IMG/VR virus record: IMGVR_UViG_3300033388_002430
Location: 1,997 to 65,996 of that record
Length of the DNA stretch: 64,000 bases
Strand: one strand, 5' to 3'
From: a virus
Lineage: Duplodnaviria; Caudoviricetes
In this document: one piece after another, positions 1 through 10,270 of the stretch
Numbering within the stretch: position 1 is the stretch's first letter
Layout of the letters: every line of letters begins with the position of its first letter
Program-made: the position numbers and the translations under genes
The notes under the pieces: model-generated
The model's input: the letters and a program-made list of their open reading frames with translations, nothing else
The model's database searches: none
What the model was told of the DNA's origin: nothing

Positions 1-328
1 ATTTTTTCGGGGAAATAAGACTATCTATTTCATTGATTAAATCAATGCTTGCTTGTTCTGGTACAGGATCTGATCTGTCATCATAAGCACAGCCTGGAAA
101 ATATTTGGGATTGTCCCATAATTTATTCTTCATTCCGTATCCAGTCTCTAGCACTCTAAATACAATGCCCTCTGAAGTTTCAAACCATTGAATATCAATT
201 CCCTCTGGAGCAATAAGGTCTAGAGAATATTTATCAATACTTGCCGAAGTAATTTTTCGAATATATCGCACTTGTTTAGTAAAGTGTATTCTGTTTTTTG
301 ATCTGAATCCATAAAATACAATACTCAT
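1..328 (-). CDS. partial hypothetical protein (runs off window start)
   Basis: ATG at 328 with GGAG RBS; frame MSIVFYGFRSKN... stays open to position 1. Confidence 0.6.
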   Translation of the reverse strand, partial: MSIVFYGFRSKNRIHFTKQVRYIRKITSASIDKYSLDLIAPEGIDIQWFETSEGIVFRVLETGYGMKNKLWDNPKYFPGCAYDDRSDPVPEQASIDLINEIDSLISPKK

Positions 329-442
329 ATTATCTCCCCATCCACATCTTTCTATATCGTTTCCATCTCATAGGTATTAATCCTTTATCACGAGCTTTTA
401 TACAATACCAGATATAGTCGAACCAACAATTAATTAGACTAA

Positions 443-679
443 TCATTTACTCCTCTCAATAGTGATCCTAACCTTGATAACCTTTGATCTTGGAAAAGTC
501 CCCCTCGTTTTAGATAAAACATTCCTAGCCGCTCTTCTGGTGCAGAACAGAGCTATAGGGTGTCCTTCCATATGTGCTGGAATAGGGGTATATTCTTCAT
601 CAAACCACCAATAACGACCTATCAATCCATGCCCTTCTTTTGATTGTGTATCTATTGCCCATCCATAATATTCATTCAT
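443..679 (-). CDS. hypothetical protein
   Basis: ORF with ATGA overlap to upstream gene. Confidence 0.6.
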   Translation of the reverse strand: MNEYYGWAIDTQSKEGHGLIGRYWWFDEEYTPIPAHMEGHPIALFCTRRAARNVLSKTRGTFPRSKVIKVRITIERSK

Positions 680-1113
680 AACTTTTTAGTCTCCTCGTCT
701 GGATGCCAATTACAATCATCATTGTTACACCACCACATGCTTTCATAGTAGTCAAAGTCCATATCTTCACCACACTTCGGGCATTTCTTTTCTTCTGTTG
801 ATATAACAAATATATCATTTTCATACTCTTGTTTTATAACAAGATCTTTGGTGTTAATGTAAACCATACCCTCGTTTGGTGGAGTGGGGAGTTCTACTAG
901 CGGGTGTTCTTTCAACTGTCCACAATTATCACAGTCATACCAGCCCTTCACCCAAAACACTTCGGCTTGACATATAGGACAAAAATACTTCTCCCCCTCT
1001 TGTGCGGTGAGAGCTTCATCCATTCGGGCATATATTCTTACCGAGGTCTCGCTAGGAACTCTAAGGTCTATCAATGCTTTCTGCAACTCTTTCAGTATCG
1101 CTTGTGTGTTCAT
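676..1113 (-). CDS. mosaic Zn-ribbon protein, NTQAILKE family copy 1
   Basis: CxxC pairs; shares NTQAILKE / AQEGE / LPTPP.EG blocks with 7973..8317 and part of them with 63664..63873. Confidence 0.7.
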   Translation of the reverse strand: MNTQAILKELQKALIDLRVPSETSVRIYARMDEALTAQEGEKYFCPICQAEVFWVKGWYDCDNCGQLKEHPLVELPTPPNEGMVYINTKDLVIKQEYENDIFVISTEEKKCPKCGEDMDFDYYESMWWCNNDDCNWHPDEETKKL

Positions 1114-1610
1114 AATTTTCTAGCCTCCAGTACAAATTTTTCTAGTGTCATCCTGACCTCACCAACAGTGCCGTAAAATACAGATGATGGATTTGGACAT
1201 GCCATTACTTTACCTGAGAAATATGGTGTTTCTATGACTAATCCGGCTAGTTGCATCACAGAATGATCTGTAAAGAATTTGACCGTATCAGACCCTAGAA
1301 GTAATATCAATTCTTTATCCTTACCCAATTTTAGTAAACTTTCCAGTCCAGTGTTGAAACACTCCTCATTATCATTCTTCTCGTGTAACCACAGATTAGT
1401 AAGTAAAGCATTGTGCAGATTAAATCCTAACTTTCCAAGCTCTGTTTTCAATACTCTGCCGGATTTACCTACAAATGGTCTACCAACTTTCATCTCATCT
1501 TCCTCAGGCGATTCTCCAACTATCAATATGGAAGAATTAGGATTACCATAGGGCAATACCAGGTCTGTTCTTCCACAACTCTTGCAAGTAAAATCTTCAA
1601 CTGTTTTCAT
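1110..1610 (-). CDS. uracil-DNA glycosylase, family-4/SPO1-pol-associated type
   Basis: GESPxxxE-GRPFVGKSG motif; adjacent to PolA. Confidence 0.85.
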   Translation of the reverse strand: MKTVEDFTCKSCGRTDLVLPYGNPNSSILIVGESPEEDEMKVGRPFVGKSGRVLKTELGKLGFNLHNALLTNLWLHEKNDNEECFNTGLESLLKLGKDKELILLLGSDTVKFFTDHSVMQLAGLVIETPYFSGKVMACPNPSSVFYGTVGEVRMTLEKFVLEARKL

Positions 1611-3289
1611 TATTTACCTCCGCTCCAGTCTTGGCACACAACGACATGTGCAAAGAACCTCACACCTGGACACATCTTCTGAGCCACATCTTCCATAGTT
1701 CCTCGAATAAACTCAGCAATTTTATCAGCACAATGTTTAGGCACATCTGCAATGATTTCATCATGGATCTCAGCTACAACTCCGTACTCGCACAAATCAG
1801 TAGGCCAGTTCTTATGTATCTCTCCTAGAGATGCCTTTAGTTGATCTCCTGCACTTGATTGAATAGGAGCATTACGAGTATGTCTTTCCCTTTGATAGCT
1901 ATAAGAATTAAGATGAAATTTCCGACCTACTACGGATTCTACATAACCATGGATCAATTCTTGTTTAGATACCCAATTCTGAATATCAGGGAATAATTTG
2001 AAAAATGTGGCTAATCTTTCTTTAGCCTCTTTTACAGAAACGTTATATTTCTGAGCATATCCCTTAACAGATAATCCATATCCAGCGGCTAGAATAATTT
2101 CTTTAGCCTCATCTCTGAACGGATCACTTTTAGTAATCTCTTTGTCATACATTTTTTTCACAATTTCGATATAAATATCATTACCAGTATTACATATCTC
2201 AATCAAGTTCTTATCCTGAGATAGATATGCCATTATTCTAGGTTCTTGTGCGGAGTAATCAGCTACGACCAAAGAGTTTCCTTCTTTAGGAATAAAGCAC
2301 TCTCTAAATACTGGAGTACTTCTTACTGGAATGTTTTGACAATTCGGCTTACTAGATGATGTTCTTCCGGTACTTGCCCCAATTACATAATAGTCGGAAT
2401 GTACACATTCATCTTCTTCAATATATTTTTCTGCCCAATTTAGTCCATAGGTAGAGGATAATTTCTTCTTTTTTCTAAATTGTAATACTCGTTCTGCCAT
2501 ATCAGAGATATCACTGTCAGGATTTTTCTTTATGAGTTCTTCCAGAGCCTCTTCATTAGTAGATTTTATTCCTTTTACTCCTAATTCTACCAATTTCTCT
2601 TTGACCTGTTTAGGGCTTGCCGGATTAATCTCAAAGGTTTCTTTGTATTCCTGTGCAAGTCTTTCATTCTCCTCTGCCAATTCTTTCCACTTCTCCACAT
2701 CTACTCTAAATCCTTTGAAATCTTTGATTGCCCAGAGAGCGGGAAGATCTATTTCTTTCCAAACTTTGAAATCATTCTTATCCGCTATCTTTCTCTGCAC
2801 TTGACAAACTTTCAATGTGTAGTATGGATCTTTAGCACTATATTCTAATAACTCCGGTGTTAGTTCTGTAGCAGTTTCAAATCCTTCTCTGATCTCTTTT
2901 TCTAATAAAATATTTAGATGCCTACGAACCAGATCTGCTAAAGAAAAGTTAGTAAAGTATCCTCCATAGAGAATACGATCTATTAGCATGATATCCCATA
3001 TCTTAGTTTCTCTGCTAATCTCTGCCCATCTACTGAGATGTGCCAGATCAAATTTAGCATTCATCAATGCCCAGATACAATTATCAACTCTCTGAAGCAT
3101 AATAGGTACAATGTTTTCATCCGTAGTGATATAAACATCTTCCCCAATCGCTACCTGTAAAGATGCAAATGTTCCATTATCAGGTCTATGCAGTCTAGCC
3201 TTGTCCATTCCGAATAGTTCTGTGTCTACTCCTATCCAGGTATTATCCGGCTGTCTCGATGGAAGTTTATCTACATATATATTCATCAA
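1610..3289 (-). CDS. polA: family A DNA polymerase with 3'-5' exonuclease
   Basis: Exo motifs VDTE, NAKFD, YSAKD; motif A DYSAQEPR, motif B KEIILAAGYG, motif C IHDE. Confidence 0.95.
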   Translation of the reverse strand: MMNIYVDKLPSRQPDNTWIGVDTELFGMDKARLHRPDNGTFASLQVAIGEDVYITTDENIVPIMLQRVDNCIWALMNAKFDLAHLSRWAEISRETKIWDIMLIDRILYGGYFTNFSLADLVRRHLNILLEKEIREGFETATELTPELLEYSAKDPYYTLKVCQVQRKIADKNDFKVWKEIDLPALWAIKDFKGFRVDVEKWKELAEENERLAQEYKETFEINPASPKQVKEKLVELGVKGIKSTNEEALEELIKKNPDSDISDMAERVLQFRKKKKLSSTYGLNWAEKYIEEDECVHSDYYVIGASTGRTSSSKPNCQNIPVRSTPVFRECFIPKEGNSLVVADYSAQEPRIMAYLSQDKNLIEICNTGNDIYIEIVKKMYDKEITKSDPFRDEAKEIILAAGYGLSVKGYAQKYNVSVKEAKERLATFFKLFPDIQNWVSKQELIHGYVESVVGRKFHLNSYSYQRERHTRNAPIQSSAGDQLKASLGEIHKNWPTDLCEYGVVAEIHDEIIADVPKHCADKIAEFIRGTMEDVAQKMCPGVRFFAHVVVCQDWSGGK

Positions 3290-3498
3290 AATATTACTCC
3301 TCCTACTGGTATTATTGGTCTCAGAGTTTCCGTATCATAGTTTGGGAATGAGACGCAACCAACAAAACCACTACCCCTCATAATCATATGTTCATACTCT
3401 TCTGGAACCCGTAAATCAGGTAATGGTGCACCACATTGAGTACAAATTGTTTTTTCAGCATCTATATGGCACGTGCAATATCTACATTGAATTTTCAT
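3286..3498 (-). CDS. small Zn-ribbon protein
   Basis: CxxC...CxxCG. Confidence 0.6.
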   Translation of the reverse strand: MKIQCRYCTCHIDAEKTICTQCGAPLPDLRVPEEYEHMIMRGSGFVGCVSFPNYDTETLRPIIPVGGVIF

Positions 3499-4027
3499 CT
3501 TTCCATTCCTCTATTTTTCTTTGTATAAGATCAGAAAATAAAATATCGAAATAAAATTTACCTTTCCACCAACCAATAGAAAAGAGGGTTGCTGGATAAT
3601 TATTAGCGTTCTTGAATTGACATAATACCAGATTAATATAATCCCATCGTTTTTTATATCCTGTATCTGGCATGAATTCTATATCTAATAGATGAAATTT
3701 TCCGTACATATTTATCCTCTCCCCTGTGCTAGGTCTTGTTCTTCTCTCCATTCATCTAAGGCATCCTCACTCATCTGTTGTTGTAATAACCACCATTCTG
3801 CACATTGATCTACATAGTGACAATTCGTACAATCATCTGGATCACAGTTCCAAGGTCTTAATTCTTCAGATACATTAATTTTATTCATCATCTTCTCCGA
3901 AACAAACTGTATTCCATTTACAATTATCACATCCCTCAGCATTATTACAAAGAATTTTATCTTCTGCTGGAATATCCTCATATGTCATATCTTCTAATTC
4001 TAAATAATCAAACATTTTTATTCTCCT

Positions 4028-4648
4028 CTAATTTCCATAATGATCTGCCCAATCATTCATATCTTTGAACTTAGAATAATACTTTTTCCCATTAATTACA
4101 ATGTGCCATTTGTCCCATTCCGCAAAATCCCCGGATAGCTCAGACCCTCCGGCTCGTTTATCACTGGAAAGAATATTCCAGACTTCTACTGTTCCACCAA
4201 AAGGCTCAAGTCCTGCATTGTCCAGAATAGAGAATCCATGTTCGAGAATATCTAAACATTTCTCTTTAGTATATTTTCCCTCCAGATACATCATATATAA
4301 TCTTCCACTATGAATAAAGTTATGACAGGAAGAGCAGAGAGCAACTATTTCTTCTAACTTTGCTTCACCTTTCTTATAATTAATCTGGTAACTCTCATGC
4401 CCTTCTAACCATTGATGATACTTAGCATTATATTTAGATATTCCACATGCCCAACAGCAGTAATTATTCTTAGCATATGCTTCTTTACGCTTCTCATTCC
4501 ACCATGCCTGACCTAACACTGTGCGTGGATTCATCCCATGTAAAGGCTTAGGAATATTAGGATGGGTCAGATAGATAGGATTAGAAAATTTTGCCTCTTC
4601 TATTTTTCCCTTTACCATTCCCTTTCTAGGTGGTGTATATTCACTCAT
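4028..4648 (-). CDS. HNH-type endonuclease
   Basis: CxxC...LEGHE...ALCxxCHxxIH. Confidence 0.7.
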   Translation of the reverse strand: MSEYTPPRKGMVKGKIEEAKFSNPIYLTHPNIPKPLHGMNPRTVLGQAWWNEKRKEAYAKNNYCCWACGISKYNAKYHQWLEGHESYQINYKKGEAKLEEIVALCSSCHNFIHSGRLYMMYLEGKYTKEKCLDILEHGFSILDNAGLEPFGGTVEVWNILSSDKRAGGSELSGDFAEWDKWHIVINGKKYYSKFKDMNDWADHYGN

Positions 4649-5019
4649 TTATATTTTCCTTTTTCCAGTGTTTTACCAGTTTGAATCCTGCCTTGATAGT
4701 ATAATCTTCACAGAACTCTTTTTTACACGCCTCACATCTATATAGTGTACAGTATTCATTCCAATCAATCGGTGTCAATTTCCATGTTTCTTTACATTTA
4801 GGACATTGGATATGATACATTATTCTGCCTTTACTGTATCCACTATTATTGGAGTAAGTCCAAATGGTTTCATGTCACTGTACTCACCGTCTAACCATGC
4901 TACTAGATTATTTTTAGTTATTCCTGCCACCCGCTGTAATGTTTCCTCTTCAGATTCATTATTAGTATCAAATATAATCTGAGTATTAAGACATATAGTA
5001 ATTTTTACATTTTTAGTTT

Positions 5020-6180
5020 TCATGAATATTTCCTTAAACTAAACCATTCTCCTTTATCCGTATGTTTCCAACCATGATTACCTATAAATGGTATCTGAAT
5101 CGCACCAGGACTATCATCTCTATGCTGTCTAAATCCTCCTCTACAGAGCCACGCAATTAGGTATGCTCTGTTCTCAACAATTGGAATCTTATCAGCGTCT
5201 TGCTCAGCAAAATAATCAATGCTCGGATTATATACCATCAGAACCATGTAGGCCAATGCCTCGGCTAATCTTGTCCATCTCAAATGATGTGGTCTAGGAA
5301 TACCACCTCTATAACCTGAGAGTTGTGCTAGGAGAACAATAGGTACTCTCAATTTCTTAGCTCCCATCATCAGTATTCGATACATATCACTTACCGTAGA
5401 TACACTTGTTTCACCCTCAATAATTAGATCTGCAAAGTCAATAATAACAAGTCCTAAATCTTCCATTCGAGCAGAGTCGGATATAATCTTGGAAGCCGTC
5501 ATTGGTTCATCACATATCTCAATTCTAGTTTCCTCATCCTCAGTAAGATTAATTACTTCCCGTGACCGTGCGGCGTATTGACTAGCTAACATCTCAATGC
5601 TATAAACCGCCACTTTCTCGTCTTTATGCTCTCTCGCATATGTTCCTGCTAAAGCCCCTGCAAATGATGTCTTACCGCTCTTAGGAGCACCCCCTACTAC
5701 GACTAGACCTACTTCGGGTAATCCACCTAAATGATTATCTATCGGAGCAAATCCACACTTCTTATAAGGAATCTCATCTCCCTCTACCTGATTTAAAGGA
5801 GTTCTAAGAGATGCTCCATATTCAGCCTTACCCACAATTTCTACTATTTCTGACAAATCTACAAATTCTCCCTGCTGTAATTTTCTGGAATATTTCTCTA
5901 ATCTGTGTCCTGCCTGATATAGACTTGCAGATTTCTCTAATATTCCTAACCAATCCGCTTTAGATGTTAATCCGTTCAAACTCTTAGCCGCATCCATAGC
6001 TGATTGTACAGGATGTATTCCTATCTGCTCCACCAGATCGCCCACAGTTTTCTCCGACTTTAATCCTTTAATAATTTCATCATATGGTGGTATCAATAGC
6101 TCTGATCTAATTGCGTTAAGCGATAACTCTTTGTTGATTGCTAATCCTGCTACTATCTCGCTGGAACTTGACCAATCCAT
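5020..6180 (-). CDS. DnaB/RecA-fold replicative helicase
   Basis: Walker A GAPKSGKT, Walker B VIIDF, LAQL motif; next to primase. Confidence 0.85.
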   Translation of the reverse strand: MDWSSSSEIVAGLAINKELSLNAIRSELLIPPYDEIIKGLKSEKTVGDLVEQIGIHPVQSAMDAAKSLNGLTSKADWLGILEKSASLYQAGHRLEKYSRKLQQGEFVDLSEIVEIVGKAEYGASLRTPLNQVEGDEIPYKKCGFAPIDNHLGGLPEVGLVVVGGAPKSGKTSFAGALAGTYAREHKDEKVAVYSIEMLASQYAARSREVINLTEDEETRIEICDEPMTASKIISDSARMEDLGLVIIDFADLIIEGETSVSTVSDMYRILMMGAKKLRVPIVLLAQLSGYRGGIPRPHHLRWTRLAEALAYMVLMVYNPSIDYFAEQDADKIPIVENRAYLIAWLCRGGFRQHRDDSPGAIQIPFIGNHGWKHTDKGEWFSLRKYS

Positions 6181-6997
6181 GTACTATCTCCTCTAACACT
6201 TCTGGTTTCTTTGTTAATAAATCATTTACATCTTTAGTTCCATAGGGATATTTTATTTTTATGACATTTCCTCTCCAACCTAATTGAGATGCTAATAGAT
6301 GTGCTTCTTTTTCTTCTCCGCTGTCAGGAATAATATAAATATTCTTTCTAATCGTATCAAACAATCTGGGATCTAATCTTTTACCTAATGTACCTGTTAC
6401 TGCTGGAACTCCTAATACTTCTAAAGACACCGCATCAATCGTTCCATACACCACAATCAAGTTCCTAGAATTTATTACTCTATCCCAATTTGGACAATAC
6501 AGCATCATTTCTTGTCCGGCAGGTGTCATATATCTCAATCTACTTTTATTGTCACTATTCCTAGCAACCGCCCCTATAATTTTTCCTTTAGGTGACAACA
6601 CTGGAAAGATATACCAACCGTCTCTATATCCTATCATTAGTCGAGAAATAATCTTCTCTGTTATTCCCCGCCTGTGCAGATAGGTACCCATTTGTGGGTG
6701 TTTCCATAATAGCTTAGACGAGGCAGACCATAATTCATAAAGACTAAATTCTTGTAACCATTTAGTAAATGGATTTTTACTGTAGGCTAGCTTAGGTCTT
6801 GGTCTAAAACTCTTATCTAATTTTCTGAGTAATTGTTCTGGCTTTCCTTGCTTACCACAGCTCTTACAGATATAGAAATCTTCGTAAACAAAGAAGGATG
6901 GATTTTGGTCATCGTGAAACGGACAAAGAGATACTATATAATTTCCATATCTGGATACTCGATCTAATCTATCCGCTATTCTATCTAGATAACTCAT
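6116..6997 (-). CDS. DNA primase (CHC2 Zn finger + TOPRIM)
   Basis: CPFHDD..PSF..CKSC zinc finger; G.IDA, PDSG, KDVND TOPRIM-like motifs. Confidence 0.9.
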   Translation of the reverse strand: MSYLDRIADRLDRVSRYGNYIVSLCPFHDDQNPSFFVYEDFYICKSCGKQGKPEQLLRKLDKSFRPRPKLAYSKNPFTKWLQEFSLYELWSASSKLLWKHPQMGTYLHRRGITEKIISRLMIGYRDGWYIFPVLSPKGKIIGAVARNSDNKSRLRYMTPAGQEMMLYCPNWDRVINSRNLIVVYGTIDAVSLEVLGVPAVTGTLGKRLDPRLFDTIRKNIYIIPDSGEEKEAHLLASQLGWRGNVIKIKYPYGTKDVNDLLTKKPEVLEEIVHGLVKFQRDSSRISNQQRVIA

Positions 6998-7331
6998 TCT
7001 TTATCTCCGCTAAACTCTTTCCATTTTCTAATTTATTCATGATTTTCAGTATCCTATTCCCATTAGTAACACTGTGTCTGGCTAGTCCAAACACGTCTAC
7101 ATCTTCCCATCGTTCCCAGAGAGGCAAATATTTTCTATATTTCTTTTCCAGGTACTCAGCAAACTTTACCGCCTCATCTCGATCACTGAATGGAGAATTT
7201 ATTAGCTTTCTTCCAGTCCTGACCTTATAGATAAAAGCATCTTGAGTAACTGCTAAATATTCACCTACTCTGATACCCTCTCTTTTCTGTGAACAATTCG
7301 TAGTTTTATCGGTGAAAGTTATTATCTGCAT
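6981..7331 (-). CDS. hypothetical protein
   Basis: ORF overlapping primase start. Confidence 0.55.
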   Translation of the reverse strand: MQIITFTDKTTNCSQKREGIRVGEYLAVTQDAFIYKVRTGRKLINSPFSDRDEAVKFAEYLEKKYRKYLPLWERWEDVDVFGLARHSVTNGNRILKIMNKLENGKSLAEIKNELSR

Positions 7332-7871
7332 TGTTTATCATATCATATTTTTATTTTTGTAAGATTAAAAATTACTCTTAATTAACGATTAATTTAGTAA
7401 TCTCATAGATCATATAGATACCAAATACAATTACTAAGAACCATCTATAATCTAATTTACTATTCATCTCTTTTCTCCTGTCTCATCTCTTCTTCCCAAT
7501 ATTGATATTCCTGTTCTCGTTCTAATATCTGATGTTCTTCTCTTTCCTGTTGTTGTCTCTCATATCTCTCAGAATCTTCATCATAATATCTCTGTTTTTC
7601 CACGATCCGGCTGATACAATTAGCCGGAAGTACACAATAGGGTCTGGGAAAATCTGGCCTACTCATTCTTCTTTCTCCTCTAATCGCTTATCCCAGACCT
7701 CATCACTAATAGGCTCTCCATACACATCGTAAAGACTGCGTGTTGTTAGTTCTTTTTCTTCTCTTTCAAGGTTGTCAAGCCTCTCTTGCTTGAGTATATC
7801 GTTGCCAAGCGACATCATTCACCCTCCTCTGCTAGTTCCCAAGGATATCCATTCGCCTGATAATCGTGGTC

Positions 7872-7973
7872 TTATTCACATTCATCAGCTTCTTCTTCTA
7901 AAAAATAGGCTGCGCCACAATAGTTGCAATGATACATTTGTTCTTCAAATTCTCCCTCTTTTGTGTAAACCAT
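7872..7973 (-). CDS. 33-aa CxxC micro-protein (MVYTKEGEFEEQMYHCNYCGAAYFLEEEADECE), not in ORF track
   Basis: ATG overlaps stop of 7973..8317; its MVY start matches the internal MVY of 676..1113 at DNA level. Confidence 0.55.
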   Translation of the reverse strand: MVYTKEGEFEEQMYHCNYCGAAYFLEEEADECE

Positions 7974-8317
7974 CATTCACCTTCCTTTGGCGGAGTAGGG
8001 AGAGCGTATTCCCATAATTTCGGATTTCTCAAAAAGCGTTCTAGCTTCCGAATGGGCACGATATACGAATTAGTGTATTCTTTTTCTGGTTCACAAGCTC
8101 TTTCAACCCATTCAACTAATTGGTCAATCGTTACGGTTACGTCTGACGGTTTTGCCAGCCTATGCCTTCTACCGTCAGTTCCGTAAATAAACCAATCATC
8201 CGCTTCATCTTCCCCCTCTTGTGCGGCGAGGAGTTGTTCAAGTTCACTTGTTGTTACGGGAGTCATACGTGACCTTGAAAGTTTGTCGTACTCTTTTAGT
8301 ATCGCTTGTGTGTTCAT
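7973..8317 (-). CDS. mosaic protein, NTQAILKE family copy 2
   Basis: Shared DNA and protein blocks with 676..1113. Confidence 0.7.
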   Translation of the reverse strand: MNTQAILKEYDKLSRSRMTPVTTSELEQLLAAQEGEDEADDWFIYGTDGRRHRLAKPSDVTVTIDQLVEWVERACEPEKEYTNSYIVPIRKLERFLRNPKLWEYALPTPPKEGE

Positions 8318-8360
8318 TTGTTTTCCTTATTGCGCTTTGTATTACGTCATAGTCATATTG

Positions 8361-8524
8361 CGTCACTAATCCATGAAAAGTGACGAATAGTTGGGTGGGC
8401 TGACTTGGGAATCAGCCTGTACTCTTCAGCATCGCATAATGGACGAAGTAGCACCCAACTAAGGAAACATGAATACTGTGCGTACTAATAAACTGAGAAG
8501 AGTATAAATAACACAGTACTCATG
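8361..8524. ncRNA. structured intergenic element (three adjacent stem structures), probable RNA on the minus strand
   Basis: Stems 8361-8367/8379-8385; 8388-8397/8452-8461 enclosing 8398-8403/8412-8417; 8468-8480/8512-8524. Confidence 0.45.
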
Positions 8525-8536
8525 ATATCCACTAAA

Positions 8537-9331
8537 TTATTCCCACTCCACACCATCATCTTCTTTCTTTTCCTGACTAACTTCAATAGTTTCATCTCCT
8601 TCTTCCCAAGGAGGATCTCCACTATCATCATAATCAGCGATCTCATAGATATGCTCTACCCAGCCACCGTTGAGAACAACGTTAAATTCTCGCTCTAATC
8701 GAAGGATACGGCTCTCAAGTTCTGGTAGAATATTCTCCGACCATTCAATAGCTCCAAATTCCCAAAGACCCGTAGCGTCACAAAAATCAGATAACATATC
8801 ACAATGCTTACTATTACCAGGAGCAGATGAAAAACCTGTTTCCTTCTTACCTCTTTCCTCAGTAAAAATGGGCACAAATTTCTCATAGAACAGTTGCATA
8901 GGAAGTGTTAGACCTAAGACCTCTAGAGGAGATACGATTTCTAACACAGAGTTGAATTTAATCATGTCACCAAATTTACCCGTATAAACTTTAGGCTTTG
9001 GATCTTCTCCCTCTGGTGAGGGGAAATTCTTTACTTTCACTCTGAATTGACCATTAGCCGGATGGAAATTAACAATTGCTGATTTGTCAGGACTAAAACT
9101 GATCTGAAATTCTCCCTCATATTTCTGTTTGATCACCTGCATAATATCTTCCTGCACACCTTCTGCACAGTCAGATAATTTTACAGTTTCAGATTTTGTT
9201 TCACCATCATCTGTTTTCCAGAGAACCTTAATTCCTTTTTCTTCCTTGATCTTGACAGGGCGGAATTTTCCATTTACTCGTTCTCCAACTTCAAATTCAC
9301 TCTTATTTCTTGGGGGTAAATATTTACTCAT
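8537..9331 (-). CDS. putative ssDNA-binding protein
   Basis: Very acidic C-terminal tail ending in an aromatic residue (DDSGDPPW...GVEWE); upstream of primase/helicase. Confidence 0.55.
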   Translation of the reverse strand: MSKYLPPRNKSEFEVGERVNGKFRPVKIKEEKGIKVLWKTDDGETKSETVKLSDCAEGVQEDIMQVIKQKYEGEFQISFSPDKSAIVNFHPANGQFRVKVKNFPSPEGEDPKPKVYTGKFGDMIKFNSVLEIVSPLEVLGLTLPMQLFYEKFVPIFTEERGKKETGFSSAPGNSKHCDMLSDFCDATGLWEFGAIEWSENILPELESRILRLEREFNVVLNGGWVEHIYEIADYDDSGDPPWEEGDETIEVSQEKKEDDGVEWE

Positions 9332-9332
9332 T

Positions 9333-9728
9333 TCATTTCTCCTTTGTCTTTACTAACTCATTTACAATTTTATCTGTCACAACTTTAAATTCTTCTTGAA
9401 ACAATGAGTTTACTTTTTTGTTGATTGCTTCTTTAATAGTTCTTTTTACATCATAAGAACTACTCATTTTTTCCTTAAACTCTTGTTTAAACATAGATTC
9501 AAAAGAAGGCCATGTCTTTTTCTTTCCATAACCATCATTTGTTTCAATGGGCTCAGAAAAGAAAATCTCTATTTCAGTGGTGATAATCTCATCAATCTTG
9601 GTTCTTACAACAGTGGACATTTGCCGTTTTATGTCACTACTAATTTCCTTATGAATCTCTTGCTTTACTAAATAGCCAATATCTAATTCTTCTAATGCGC
9701 CTTTGATATAATCATTTACATCAAACAT
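9333..9728 (-). CDS. hypothetical protein
   Basis: ORF with AGGAG RBS. Confidence 0.6.
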   Translation of the reverse strand: MFDVNDYIKGALEELDIGYLVKQEIHKEISSDIKRQMSTVVRTKIDEIITTEIEIFFSEPIETNDGYGKKKTWPSFESMFKQEFKEKMSSSYDVKRTIKEAINKKVNSLFQEEFKVVTDKIVNELVKTKEK

Positions 9729-10270
9729 TTCATCTCCTTTATTCGATAAAGTCTTTTATTTCTTTCCAATCATCTAGTAGATAGAAATCATAGATTTCAC
9801 AATAATGTAAGAAAAGATCCTTAAACGTTCTAAACGTCAAATGGTCTTGTCGATTCAATGATGGTAGATGGATAAGTACCAGCACACTCCTATGATTTTT
9901 TGATATACGAACAACAATATTGGGATCACCATATAAGGTATTATTATATTTCGCAACAATCAAATCATTCCATTGAATATCTGCCGGATATATTAAATTG
10001 TGATCTTTCTGGGAAATTATTTTTTTCATTTACCAACCCTCCTCAATATCTTCTTCTGAATAATCATCTACTTTTTCTTTTCGTAACACTGTGCTAAGTC
10101 TTTGTTCTAGATATGCTAACCCATCAGGGGTGAGATATATTATACCATCATCATCGGGATATCCCACGACATATTCTGATGGAACATCTACTTCCAGATC
10201 AATTTCAGGGATATGAAAGAACGAATATGATAACTTTCCTGGAATACGTAACTCAGTCTTTACATGGATT

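Noticed and set aside
8388-8461. Hammerhead ribozyme (CTGAAGA on the minus strand)
   Set aside because: No GAAA core after stem II
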